From Candidatus Binatia bacterium (GTDB lineage: Bacteria; Desulfobacterota; Binatia; HRBIN30), in NCBI GenBank assembly GCA_038245295.1, contig JBBRSP010000008.1, positions 128,001 through 192,000 on the forward strand: 64,000 nt of DNA, in the 5' to 3' direction. The notes beneath the pieces were generated by a model that saw only the letters and a program-made list of their open reading frames with translations, was not told the DNA's origin and did no database searches. This document shows positions 46,666-56,356 of this stretch, piece after piece. The translations under genes were made by a program, and so were the position numbers. Numbering within the stretch: position 1 is the first letter of the stretch; the number at the start of each line of letters is the position of its first letter.

Positions 46666-47392
46666 GCAGCTCGGGTAGTCTGGTGAAGGAGTCAACGATG
46701 TGAAGCGGGGCTGCGTCACCAGCCATGTCGGGGGCAAGGCCGGTGTTGATCCACACGCTAGGGATGCCGGCGTTGTGTGCGCCGACGACGTCGTCGTCCC
46801 AACTGTCGCCGATGTACATGGCCTCGGATGGTGCGACGCCGAGCTTCTCCAGGACGCTGATGAAGATGGCGGGGTGGGGTTTGCGTCGTCCGAATTCCTC
46901 GGAGATCAGGATCAACTCGAAGAAGTGATCGACTCCGTGGTCGCGTAGGACGCGGCGCGCGGTGGCGCCGTGATCGAAGTTGGAGATCAGAGCCAGTCGG
47001 TAGCGCGATCCGAGGTCGCTCAAGGTCTCCTGGTGCCCGGCTGGCAGCATCGTCTGCGAGGCCAGGTGATCCATGTGGACCAGGGATAGTCGCTCGGCCG
47101 CTGCCTCGATGTTCGGGATCGGTTGCGGCAGCTGCTGCAGGGCTCGCAGAAAGCGTTGTCGCGACGGTAGCTCGAGATACTCGGGAGCGCGCTGACGCGT
47201 CATCTCCGCGGTCACCGACATCAGCGCCTTGGTGAAGGCGTCGAAGCTTATGTCCGGCAGTGTTTCGCGCACCGCGTCGCTCAGCCACCCCATCGTCGTG
47301 CGCCACTTCTCGCCGCCGATCTCCACGGTGGGGACACGTGGGGCGAAGTGGACGACGGTGCCGAAGAGGTCGAAGAGGAGAGAGTTGGTCAT
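46661..47392 (-). CDS. HAD family hydrolase
   Basis: LFDLFGT, ISN, RKPHPAIF, IGDS..DD..GA. Confidence 0.9.
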   Translation of the reverse strand: MTNSLLFDLFGTVVHFAPRVPTVEIGGEKWRTTMGWLSDAVRETLPDISFDAFTKALMSVTAEMTRQRAPEYLELPSRQRFLRALQQLPQPIPNIEAAAERLSLVHMDHLASQTMLPAGHQETLSDLGSRYRLALISNFDHGATARRVLRDHGVDHFFELILISEEFGRRKPHPAIFISVLEKLGVAPSEAMYIGDSWDDDVVGAHNAGIPSVWINTGLAPDMAGDAAPLHIVDSFTRLPELL

Positions 47393-47459
47393 TTGGCTAT
47401 TTGGTCATTTGGCCCTTTGGTCAAATGGCAAGACGACCAAATGGCAACATGGCCAAATG
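47382..47459. repeat. Octamer repeat array in back-to-back orientation
   Basis: About five catttggc-like units followed by about five gccaaatg-like units. Confidence 0.75.
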
Positions 47460-47467
47460 GTCCCGCT

Positions 47468-47917
47468 TCACCGGCCACGCAGTCCCAGGGCCACGAGCCC
47501 GCCGAGAAGTACGACGACATTCAGTGTCACCGCCAGGTGATGCAGCCGATCGAATTCCGGCTTCGTTGTCGCTTCGGTTGCGGGGTCGTGCAGCAGCGGG
47601 CGCATCGCCGCGGCGCGCGGCTGAATTACGATGCCGGCATACAGCGTCAGCGCCAGCATGATCGTCGTCAGACCGACGCTGATGCTCCAGCTGCCGTTGC
47701 CCATCCATTGCAAGGCGATGGCGGCGACGACGGTAATCAGCCCAGCAACGATACCGAGCTGGTAGTAACGTGGGAAGATGGTGCCGATCACACGTCCTGC
47801 TTCCTGATTCGGCAGGGCGCCGAAGATTCCGGGCGCGACGATGAACGAGAAGAAGACGATCGAGCCCACCCATAGAGCGAGAGCAATCAAATGTGCGACG
47901 CGCAGGCTGGTGATCAT
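47468..47917 (-). CDS. DUF4149 (TMEM205-like) membrane protein
   Basis: WVGSIVFFSFIVAP.IF, AG.V...IFPRYY, FDRLH. Confidence 0.85.
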   Translation of the reverse strand: MITSLRVAHLIALALWVGSIVFFSFIVAPGIFGALPNQEAGRVIGTIFPRYYQLGIVAGLITVVAAIALQWMGNGSWSISVGLTTIMLALTLYAGIVIQPRAAAMRPLLHDPATEATTKPEFDRLHHLAVTLNVVVLLGGLVALGLRGR

Positions 47918-47924
47918 CGGGGAA

Positions 47925-48039
47925 CCCTCACCCCAACCCTCTCCCACGCCTGAAACGACGGCGCGGGAGAGGGGGAGAGTTCACTCCCTCTCCCACCACA
48001 TGTGGAAGCGGAGTAGGTGGGAGAGGGTTGGGTTGAGGG
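47925..48039. repeat. Inverted pair of ccctcacccc..ccctctccc-N-gggagaggg REP-like elements
   Basis: ccctcaccccaaccctctccc...gggagaggg followed by the inverted copy ending gggagagggttgggttgaggg. Confidence 0.75.
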
Positions 48040-48056
48040 CACCGAGATGTATTCTC

Positions 48057-48479
48057 TCATTGGAGGTAGCGCGGCCGGCCGATTTCGTGATCGATCGGGA
48101 GCCGTCCGGTGAAGCCGCCGTCCATGGTGTGGTAGTGGGTGATCTCTTTCTCGCCGTATTGCCAACATAGCAGGACGATTTCGCCTTCGCGTTCGGCGGG
48201 GAAGTCGACCAGTCCAAGGTCCAATCCTTTGAAGTCACCGCCGTAGTCTTCGATCTCGCCGACGAGACGCTCGACTTCGGCCATCAACTCCGCCGTTTCC
48301 GGTTGTTGGGCCAGCAGCTGCTCGGCGTTGATCTGTTCCGGCAACTCGCCGCTTTGATCGGCCAGGCGGCGGATGGTTTCGCGTAGCCGCATGCCGTTGG
48401 CCTGCAGCTGCTGCATGATGCTCTCGAGTCGCGGGATCAACGCGTTGGCTTCTTCCACAGTAAATAGACGCTGACGCAC
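48057..48479 (-). CDS. DUF2203 family protein
   Basis: [31 protein letters not shown]...GF.GR.P; GGGAGG RBS before GTG. Confidence 0.9.
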   Translation of the reverse strand: MRQRLFTVEEANALIPRLESIMQQLQANGMRLRETIRRLADQSGELPEQINAEQLLAQQPETAELMAEVERLVGEIEDYGGDFKGLDLGLVDFPAEREGEIVLLCWQYGEKEITHYHTMDGGFTGRLPIDHEIGRPRYLQ

Positions 48480-48633
48480 GGTGCCTCCCATTCGCCTTCG
48501 TGGGTTATCGGCTGCGCCGCGGTGTGTCAACGTCCTGTGTCGAACGCGACCTTCGCGGCGAGAACGGGGGAAATCACGCCCGTGCGATCATTCACCCTTT
48601 ACGGATCGTAGGCTCGGCCTTAGGTTGTTCGGC

Positions 48634-51051
48634 ATGACACATCCCGAAGACGATCCCGAAGCTACGAAGAAGTCGAAGTTCCTTGGTTTCGGCGAGGATG
48701 TCAGCGACACTCCGATTCCCGAAACGTTGCCGATCCTGCCGCTGCGCGGGGTCGTGGTCTTTCCCTCCGCCATTGTTCCTCTGCTCATTTCACGCGCCGG
48801 TTCTCTGAAAGTTGTCGAAGAAGTGCTGGCGGGCGACCGTTTGCTCGGTGTCGTCGCTCAAAAGAGCCCGGAAGACGAACGACCGACGCCCGATGGTTTG
48901 CAACGCATCGGCACCGCCGGTCGCATTCTGAAGATGCTCAAGTATCCCGACGGCAGCGTGCGCATCCTGGTTCAGGGCCTGCGCCGCATCGAGCTTGGCG
49001 AATTTGTGCAACAGGAGCCGTTCTACAAAGCCCGCGTCACCGTGCTGGCGGATGTAGATTCGCCCGGCAACCTCGTTGATGAACAATCAAAGATGGTGGC
49101 GCAGTTCTCCAAATACGTCGCCATGATTCCGTATTTGCCCGACGAGCTGCAGTCGGTGGTGAGCAACATCAAGGATCCGGCGAAGGTCACCGACCTGATC
49201 GCCTCGAACCTCAACATCACGATCGACGAAAAACAGGAGCTGCTGGGCACCCTCGAGGTGAAGGGACGCCTCGATCGCCTGACCTCCATCCTGCACCGCG
49301 AGATCGAGTTGCTCGAGCTTGGCCACAAGATCCAGTCGCAGGTGCAGACGGAGCTCAGCAAGAATCAGAAGGAATTCTACCTGCGCCAGCAGATGCGGGC
49401 GATCCAGAAGGAGCTCGGAGAGGGCGATCCACGCGCCGCCGAGGTCGACGAGCTGCGCAAGAAGCTCGACGAAGCGAAGCTGCCGCCCGAGGCCCTCAAA
49501 GTTGCCGAGAATGAGATGGAACGCCTGCGCATGATTCCGCCGGAATCGGCGGAGCACAGCATGGTGCGCACCTATCTCGAATGGTTGATCAACCTGCCGT
49601 GGTCGGTGTCGACCGAGGATAATCTCGACATCGCCCACGCCCGCGGCGTGCTCGACGACGATCATTACGACCTGGCGAAGATCAAAGACCGCATTCTCGA
49701 GTTCCTTGCCGTGCGTAAACTGAAGCCCGATTCGAAGGGGCCCATCCTGTGCTTCGTCGGGCCTCCGGGAACCGGCAAGACCTCTCTCGGCCGCTCCATC
49801 GCGCGTGCCCTCGGTCGCAAGTTTGTCCGCCTCTCGCTTGGCGGTGTGCGCGACGAAGCGGAGATTCGCGGTCACCGCCGCACCTACATCGGCTCGCTGC
49901 CGGGCCGCCTGATTCAAAACCTCAAAACAGCGGGCTCAAACAACCCGCTGATCATGCTCGACGAGATCGACAAGTTGGGCGCCGACTTCCGCGGCGATCC
50001 GTCCTCGGCGCTGCTCGAAGTGCTCGACCCGGAGCAGAACTCGGCGTTCGTCGATCACTACCTCGACGTGCCGTTCGATCTGTCGAAGGTCATGTTCGTC
50101 ACCACCGCCAACGTCCTCGATACCATCCCGCCGCCTCTGCGTGATCGGATGGAGGTCATCGAGCTGGTCGGATACACGGAGGAGGACAAGCTCCATATCG
50201 CGCGGCAGCACCTGATCCCCAAGCAGATCGGCGAGAACGGATTGAAGCCCGAGCTGATCGAGTTCACCGATGAAGGCCTGATGCACCTCATCCGCCACTA
50301 CACGCGTGAAGCCGGATTACGCAACATCGAACGCGAGATCGGTAGTCTCTGCCGCAAGGTGGCGCGCGCCTACACCGAGGGCAAGACGGATCTGGTGACC
50401 ATCGATCCGGCCAAGGTTCAGGAGCTGTTGGGTCCCGAGAAATTCTTCTCGGAGATCGCCGAACGTACCCAGGATCCTGGCGTCGCGATTGGCCTCGCCT
50501 GGACGCCGATGGGCGGCGAGATCATGTTCATGGAGTCGACCAAGATGGCCGGCAAGAAGGGCCTGACCCTAACCGGACAGCTCGGCGACGTAATGAAGGA
50601 GTCGGCGCAGGCGGCGCTCAGTTACATTCGCTCACACGCCGAGGCGCTCGGTATCGCGCCGGACTTCTTCGAGAACGTCGATATCCACGTGCACGTCCCC
50701 GCCGGCGCCGTGCCCAAGGACGGCCCGTCGGCCGGCGTAACCCTGGCGACTTCGCTGGTGTCTTTGCTGACGCGGCGCCTGGTCCGTCACGACGTTGCAA
50801 TGACCGGTGAAATCACCCTGCGCGGTAAGGTGATGCCCGTTGGCGGCATCAAGGAGAAAGTGCTGGGTGCGCGCCGCGCCGGCATTCGAACCATCCTGCT
50901 GCCGCGACGCAACGAAAAGGACTTGCTCGATATCCCCGAAGCGGTGCGTAACGAGATGACCTTCCATCTGATGGATACAATCGACGATGTTCTACAGCAC
51001 GCGCTCGAGCCGCTCGCCGGCGCGACGCCGCTGCGCGCTGCCGCGTCCTAA
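48634..51051 (+). CDS. lon: Lon (endopeptidase La) ATP-dependent protease
   Basis: LPILPLR N-domain, [37 protein letters not shown]. Confidence 0.97.
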   Translation: MTHPEDDPEATKKSKFLGFGEDVSDTPIPETLPILPLRGVVVFPSAIVPLLISRAGSLKVVEEVLAGDRLLGVVAQKSPEDERPTPDGLQRIGTAGRILKMLKYPDGSVRILVQGLRRIELGEFVQQEPFYKARVTVLADVDSPGNLVDEQSKMVAQFSKYVAMIPYLPDELQSVVSNIKDPAKVTDLIASNLNITIDEKQELLGTLEVKGRLDRLTSILHREIELLELGHKIQSQVQTELSKNQKEFYLRQQMRAIQKELGEGDPRAAEVDELRKKLDEAKLPPEALKVAENEMERLRMIPPESAEHSMVRTYLEWLINLPWSVSTEDNLDIAHARGVLDDDHYDLAKIKDRILEFLAVRKLKPDSKGPILCFVGPPGTGKTSLGRSIARALGRKFVRLSLGGVRDEAEIRGHRRTYIGSLPGRLIQNLKTAGSNNPLIMLDEIDKLGADFRGDPSSALLEVLDPEQNSAFVDHYLDVPFDLSKVMFVTTANVLDTIPPPLRDRMEVIELVGYTEEDKLHIARQHLIPKQIGENGLKPELIEFTDEGLMHLIRHYTREAGLRNIEREIGSLCRKVARAYTEGKTDLVTIDPAKVQELLGPEKFFSEIAERTQDPGVAIGLAWTPMGGEIMFMESTKMAGKKGLTLTGQLGDVMKESAQAALSYIRSHAEALGIAPDFFENVDIHVHVPAGAVPKDGPSAGVTLATSLVSLLTRRLVRHDVAMTGEITLRGKVMPVGGIKEKVLGARRAGIRTILLPRRNEKDLLDIPEAVRNEMTFHLMDTIDDVLQHALEPLAGATPLRAAAS

Positions 51052-51093
51052 CCCTCACCCCGGCCCTCTCCCGCGAAAATGCGGGAGAGGGAG
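51052..51093 (+). repeat. ccctcacc..ccctctccc-N-gggagaggg REP-like hairpin after the lon stop
   Basis: ccctcacccggccctctcccgcgaaaatgcgggagagggag; same family as 47925-48039. Confidence 0.7.
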
Positions 51094-51282
51094 CTCTCTC
51101 TCTGGATTGATGATTTCAGCACTGGCCCCCGCTGGCCGGTTCTTCTTCTGGCTCCTTCGCTGAAAGCCTTCTCGGTTCGACCGAACCGTGCACCCGGACC
51201 CCGAACCCTCGCCCGTGCAAAACCGGGTGATCGTTAGTCCCCAGCCTTGGGGCATACCCGGCCCTACGCTAAACGATCGACA

Positions 51283-52725
51283 ATGCGCGTGATCTTCGCC
51301 TCGTCGGAGGCGGTGCCGTTCGCTAAGACCGGCGGCCTTGGCGACGTTGTCGGCAGCTTGCCGCGCGCCCTGGCGCGCGACGGTGTCGACGTCAGTATCA
51401 TTCTCCCAGCCTACGGATTCATTGATCGCGGGCGCTACACTGTTGAAGCCACCGGTTGGCAGTTGTCGGTGCCCGTGTCGGACCGCTTGGTGTCATCAGG
51501 AGTCTTACGAGCCGACCTCGGTGACGGGGTGAACGCGTTTCTGATCGACGCGCCGCAGTACTTTGCGCGCCCGGGTCTCTATGGCGAAGGCGGTAGCGAC
51601 TATACCGATAATGCCGAGCGCTTCGCCTTCTTCAGTCGCGCCATTCTCGAGACCTTACGCTGCTTGCCCGCAATCGACGTGCTGCACTGTCACGATTGGC
51701 AAGCCGCGATGGCGATCGCGTTCTTACGTGCCGACGCCGCACGCTACTCCGACCTGCAACACACACGCGCGGTGCTGACGATCCACAACCTCGGATACCA
51801 GGGTGTGTTCTGGAAGAATGATTGGCATCTGCTCGGGCTGGACTGGAAGCTCTTCCACATGGAGGCGCTGGAGTTCTACGACCAGATCAATTTCCTCAAG
51901 GGCGGCATCGAGTTCGCCGACGCGCTCACCACCGTGAGCCCGACCTACGCGCGCGAGATCCAGAGCCCCGAATTCGGTTGGGGCCTCGATGGCGTCTTGC
52001 GGCGGCGTGCCGCCGTGCTGCGGGGAATCCTGAACGGTGTCGACTACGCGATCTGGTCGCCGGAACACGACGCAACTCTGCCGGCACGCTACTCGGCGGC
52101 CGACCGCGCCGGCAAGGCGATTTGCAAACGTCTCCTGCAGGAGCGCTCCAACCTGCCACAAGAGGGCGGCCTGCCGGTGGCGGGGGTCGTCTCACGCCTG
52201 GCTTTGCAGAAGGGCTTCGATCTCATTGGAGATCCCTTCGCGGCGCTGCCACATCTACCCTTCCAATTAATCGTCCTCGGCGCCGGTGACGCAAAGATCG
52301 AAGCGGCGCTCGGCCAACTCGTCGAGCGCTATCCCGAACGGATGGCTTTGCATCGTGGGTTCTCGGATGATCTGGCGCACCTGATTGAAGCGGGCAGTGA
52401 CATGTTCTTGATGCCGTCGCGCTACGAACCCTGCGGGCTCAATCAAATGTACAGCTTGCGCTACGGGACCATTCCCATCGTGCGCGCCACCGGCGGGCTG
52501 GCCGACAGCGTCATCGATGCCGATGAGCGGCCCGGCTTCGGCAACGGGTTCAAGTTCCACGCTTATACTCCCGAGGCGCTGTACTTCGCCCTGTCACGGG
52601 CGTTGTACGCCTATCGCGATCGACCAGCCTGGGAGAATCTGACCGGCAACGCGATGGCGGCCGACTTCTCGTGGGAACGCTCGGCGCGCGAATACCTGGC
52701 GCTGTACTCGTCGCTGTCCGGGTAG
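51283..52725 (+). CDS. glgA: Glycogen synthase
   Basis: KTGGLGDV, HCHDWQ, TIHNLGYQG, PSRYEPCGL.QMY, TGGLAD. Confidence 0.96.
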   Translation: MRVIFASSEAVPFAKTGGLGDVVGSLPRALARDGVDVSIILPAYGFIDRGRYTVEATGWQLSVPVSDRLVSSGVLRADLGDGVNAFLIDAPQYFARPGLYGEGGSDYTDNAERFAFFSRAILETLRCLPAIDVLHCHDWQAAMAIAFLRADAARYSDLQHTRAVLTIHNLGYQGVFWKNDWHLLGLDWKLFHMEALEFYDQINFLKGGIEFADALTTVSPTYAREIQSPEFGWGLDGVLRRRAAVLRGILNGVDYAIWSPEHDATLPARYSAADRAGKAICKRLLQERSNLPQEGGLPVAGVVSRLALQKGFDLIGDPFAALPHLPFQLIVLGAGDAKIEAALGQLVERYPERMALHRGFSDDLAHLIEAGSDMFLMPSRYEPCGLNQMYSLRYGTIPIVRATGGLADSVIDADERPGFGNGFKFHAYTPEALYFALSRALYAYRDRPAWENLTGNAMAADFSWERSAREYLALYSSLSG

Positions 52726-52748
52726 CCCCCGCCCCTGCGCGCTAGGGG

Positions 52749-54542
52749 CTACGCCGGCTGACGCCGCGGCGCCGGAGTCGGCGGTGCCGCACACGTCGGG
52801 TCCGCCTTGATCAAGTCAGCGATCGGCACATCCATGCTGCTGAACAGAACACCGCTGTCGGGTTTGCGGTACGTCATAATCTCGTGCCCGGGATAACAAC
52901 GCTTGAGCGCGTTAATGGCGGCGAATTGTTGGCCCATCAGGAGAAACGTGACGGCGCGACTGCGCTCGATGCCGCCCGGGATCACCGTGGTTTCGATGCT
53001 GTCATAGTCGGGACAGAAGAGCGGCACGGCGTCGCTGCGCAGCAACGGGTCGGCGCCGGGCAGAACATAGAAGTGGCGACCGTCACAGTGTTCGGCCAGG
53101 AAACGCATGGCGGCAGACCATGGCATATCCTTGCCGTCGCCGCGTGTGTAATCGGTGAACAGGAGACGATAGTTCTCGCCGCCGATCCACACGGCCAGGG
53201 CGAGAACGAGGAGCGGCCGGACCGTACGGCCGTAGCGGGTCGGTGGTGCGCTCATGCTGCGCAGAATGCTGTCGACGGCGAATCCGCCGAGCAGCACCAG
53301 AGCCGGCAACGCCGCGGCAAGCCGGTACGAGGCGCGCGGCGAGTCGGTGAGGGCGACGCCGGCGATGAAGGTAATGGCCGCCCACATCGCGACGAGTAGG
53401 GCCGGCGCCGACCCCTCGAGCAAGGCGAAACACAAACCGGCAATCACCAGGACCAGGGTTACGGGATCGAAGAGTCCCGCGGGCGATCGGTTCAGCACGG
53501 CGACATCGGCCCATTGCGTGAACATCCGCGAGGACTCGGTCACGTTCCGCCGCAGCAGGCTCGACCAGTCGTAGAGCCCATAGCGTCGTGTCATTTCGTC
53601 GAAGATGCCCGGTCGCGTGATGAGGATGTCCTGCGAGTGTCCGGCCAGTGCTTTGGCGCCGACGAACCAAACGATGGGAGCAAGTGCCAGCAGCATCGGC
53701 ACGGCGAAGATGCTGAGCGCGCGCAGCGCTTCATCCGCCGAGTAGCGGAGATGCCGCAGCATACCGACGAGAGCGAACGGCAGGATCGGCAGCAGGATGC
53801 GGACCGGAAAGTAGAACTCCAACGCGAGGGCGGTGACGACACCGGCGATGGCCAGACGGCGCTCGTTGCGATCCTGGAGCGCCGACACCAGAAAATAGAG
53901 TGCCAGCGGCGGCATGCTGGATGACTGGGGGAAGGGAAAACCGGTCCGACTGTTGTGCAGGTGCCAAAAGCCCACGGCCATCAGGAAAGCCGCCACCATG
54001 GCGGTGCGTGGGGAGAACAGCCGGCGCCCCAGCAGGAACGTGAACCAGATGCCGCACAAGCCGGTGAGGGCCGAGGCGATGCGCAACGCGTGGAATGGCT
54101 CGAAGAGGCCGGTGCGAATGATCAGGGCGGCCGGCGCGAAGGTCAGGTTCGGCAACGAGAACCAGCCGATGCTGGCAAAGGCGTTCGGCGCCTGACCCAT
54201 CGCCATGCGATACGAATCGAGCATCGGCAGCAGCTCGTCGACACTGATGTTGGCCGGAATGTCGTAGATGCGCGGCAGACGAAGAGCCGCCGCGCCAACC
54301 AGGATGATCGCCAGGGCCCACATCTCGCCGACACCGACTCGTTCCCAGCGTCGCATCGCGCCGGCGAAGCTGAGGGCGAAACCAAGCAAGCCCATCGCCC
54401 AGAGTGCGAAGCCGACGCCGTAATGATTACCGTTCGTGTGCCAGGTGACGATGCCGATCACGGTGAGGGCCAGACCGACGAGGCGAGCTGGCCAGCCCTC
54501 AAGGCGGGAGGGCGTGGTGTCGGCGGACTGATCGATGTTCAT
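52749..54542 (-). CDS. GT-C (ArnT/PMT-like, family 39-type) membrane glycosyltransferase
   Basis: LRL..I..IP..I.VDE motif, ALR..SAL.G, WHLHNSR, many TM helices, periplasmic tail. Confidence 0.75.
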   Translation of the reverse strand: MNIDQSADTTPSRLEGWPARLVGLALTVIGIVTWHTNGNHYGVGFALWAMGLLGFALSFAGAMRRWERVGVGEMWALAIILVGAAALRLPRIYDIPANISVDELLPMLDSYRMAMGQAPNAFASIGWFSLPNLTFAPAALIIRTGLFEPFHALRIASALTGLCGIWFTFLLGRRLFSPRTAMVAAFLMAVGFWHLHNSRTGFPFPQSSSMPPLALYFLVSALQDRNERRLAIAGVVTALALEFYFPVRILLPILPFALVGMLRHLRYSADEALRALSIFAVPMLLALAPIVWFVGAKALAGHSQDILITRPGIFDEMTRRYGLYDWSSLLRRNVTESSRMFTQWADVAVLNRSPAGLFDPVTLVLVIAGLCFALLEGSAPALLVAMWAAITFIAGVALTDSPRASYRLAAALPALVLLGGFAVDSILRSMSAPPTRYGRTVRPLLVLALAVWIGGENYRLLFTDYTRGDGKDMPWSAAMRFLAEHCDGRHFYVLPGADPLLRSDAVPLFCPDYDSIETTVIPGGIERSRAVTFLLMGQQFAAINALKRCYPGHEIMTYRKPDSGVLFSSMDVPIADLIKADPTCAAPPTPAPRRQPA

Positions 54543-54567
54543 AGGAATACAAACGAGTGAGATCTGC

Positions 54568-55341
54568 CTATGAGTGCCATGCCTGCACGGCCCAAGGCAG
54601 GACTACGAGGAGTTGAATCGCATCGAACACGCCGTGTGCCACGATACACGGCAGTAGCTGACCGGTGCGTTGAAACAAACGACCGATAACCAGGGAGATC
54701 ACTAGAACTCCGACAACCAGGAATGGCAATCCGTAACTGAAGTGACCACACGCGAACAGCAGACTCGACGGGATCAACCCATAACGCGTCTGCAAGAAGC
54801 CACGGAAGAACGCCTCCTCGATGGTCATTGCCGCAGTGATGATGAGGAGCTTGTGGCCAATCGGTAACGTTGCCATCCACGAGACAACGGGTGGGATCTT
54901 GTCGGGCTCTGCCGCGACTCCGGCGCCCGCAACCGCCGTGGCAATCACCATGGTGACGGCCAACGTCAACGCCCAACCGGTCAACCCGGCCTGGAGACCG
55001 CTCCAGATCTGTCCCGGCACGTCGTTGAACGACAGGTGCAAAAAGCCGGCCGGTGTCTCGCTGCGGCCAATCCCCCACCACAACACCAGAAAGGCGGTGA
55101 GCGCGAAATGACCAACAAACAGGGTAGGGAACCAGATCTCTTCCGGCTTGATCTCGTCGCCGGCGCCGAATTCGCTGATCGGTAGGAACACCACGAGACC
55201 GAGGATGGCCGCAAGAAGGAGCAGACCCGCGGCTTGCGCGATTGGATTGTGAAACTCGCGGCGATGTGGCGCCAGACCGACGACAGCGAACGCGCTCACC
55301 GCGAGCAGCCCGAGCAGCAGGGCGAGATGGAGTTGATTCAC
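54568..55341 (-). CDS. CPBP (CAAX/Abi) intramembrane metalloprotease
   Basis: EEAFFRG, SSLLFACGH, HGVFD motifs; start uncertain. Confidence 0.88.
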   Translation of the reverse strand: MNQLHLALLLGLLAVSAFAVVGLAPHRREFHNPIAQAAGLLLLAAILGLVVFLPISEFGAGDEIKPEEIWFPTLFVGHFALTAFLVLWWGIGRSETPAGFLHLSFNDVPGQIWSGLQAGLTGWALTLAVTMVIATAVAGAGVAAEPDKIPPVVSWMATLPIGHKLLIITAAMTIEEAFFRGFLQTRYGLIPSSLLFACGHFSYGLPFLVVGVLVISLVIGRLFQRTGQLLPCIVAHGVFDAIQLLVVLPWAVQAWHS

Positions 55342-55414
55342 CGCCCTAGGAAACCGAGAACGCGGCGGCAGGTCAAGGTTGCACCCGGGTAACGACACGC
55401 AAGGCCAAACCTAC

Positions 55415-56356
55415 TCATCCAGCCAGGGCCAATCCGTCGGCGATGCGCTCATCGACATTGCCTTGGCGATCGCCAAGGCGGTCGGCGCCTTCGAGCAGCG
55501 GTCGTAAGCCGCGATGGTTGGCGAGTTGAATGCCGAGTCCGGGGCGGGCGTTGAGCTCGAGGATCACGGGGCCGCGTTGGGCATCGACCACTACGTCGAT
55601 CCCGAAGTAACCGAGGCGAATGGCGTCGTAGCTGGCGGCCGATATCTCCAGGATGCGGTTCCAACCGCTGAGCTCGATGGTGCGTAGCGGTGCTGCCGTG
55701 TCGGGATGGCGCTCGATCGCGGTGTGATTCCAGATCGCATGCGTCGGTTTGCCGGTTGCCAGGGAAAGCCCAACACCGATGCCGCCAACGTGCAGGTTGG
55801 CGCGCCCATCGGAGGCACGGGTCGGTAGCCGCAGCATTGCCATCAGCGGAATGCCGTGCACGACGATGACACGAATGTCGGGGACGCCGCCGGGGCTGAA
55901 CGCGGCGAGGGAGGCGTCACAGTCGAGCCGTTCTTCGACGAGGACTTCATCGCGGTGCCGCGCCAGGGCGAAGGCGCCGGCCAGGATATCGGCGGCATGG
56001 ATCGCGATATCGCGATCGCGGACCACGATGCCGCTGGGACGCTGCCAAACGCCCGCTGCGCGACCAAGCACCAGGACACCCTCGCCGCCGGCCCCGTGCG
56101 ACGGCTTGATCACACAGGAAGTATACGCGGCGAGATCTGTCGCCAGGGAGCTCAGGCTGCCATTCGTGGCGTAGCGCGCATAGGTCGCCGGCACCGGCAA
56201 GCCGTGGCGCTCGAGCAGTTCCTTGGTTCGCACCTTGTTGTCGACCAGGGCCACCAATGGCGCTGCATTCAACCGGATCATGTATTCCTGATTGCGGCGG
56301 TTGAGTCCTAGAACTTCGCGACGCAGTAGGCGCAATCTTTGGATCAGCTGTTCCAC
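55415..56356 (-). CDS. Alpha-L-glutamate ligase-like (RimK-related) ATP-grasp protein
   Basis: VLGLNRRN, VDNK..TK, IKPSHGAGG.G, GVPDIRVIV, MLRLPT..SDGRANLH.GG, LELNARPGL.IQLAN. Confidence 0.92.
   Translation of the reverse strand: MEQLIQRLRLLRREVLGLNRRNQEYMIRLNAAPLVALVDNKVRTKELLERHGLPVPATYARYATNGSLSSLATDLAAYTSCVIKPSHGAGGEGVLVLGRAAGVWQRPSGIVVRDRDIAIHAADILAGAFALARHRDEVLVEERLDCDASLAAFSPGGVPDIRVIVVHGIPLMAMLRLPTRASDGRANLHVGGIGVGLSLATGKPTHAIWNHTAIERHPDTAAPLRTIELSGWNRILEISAASYDAIRLGYFGIDVVVDAQRGPVILELNARPGLGIQLANHRGLRPLLEGADRLGDRQGNVDERIADGLALAG

Noticed and set aside
51095..51275. Possible structured ncRNA between lon and glgA
   Set aside because: Some pairing potential, but no recognisable family motif.
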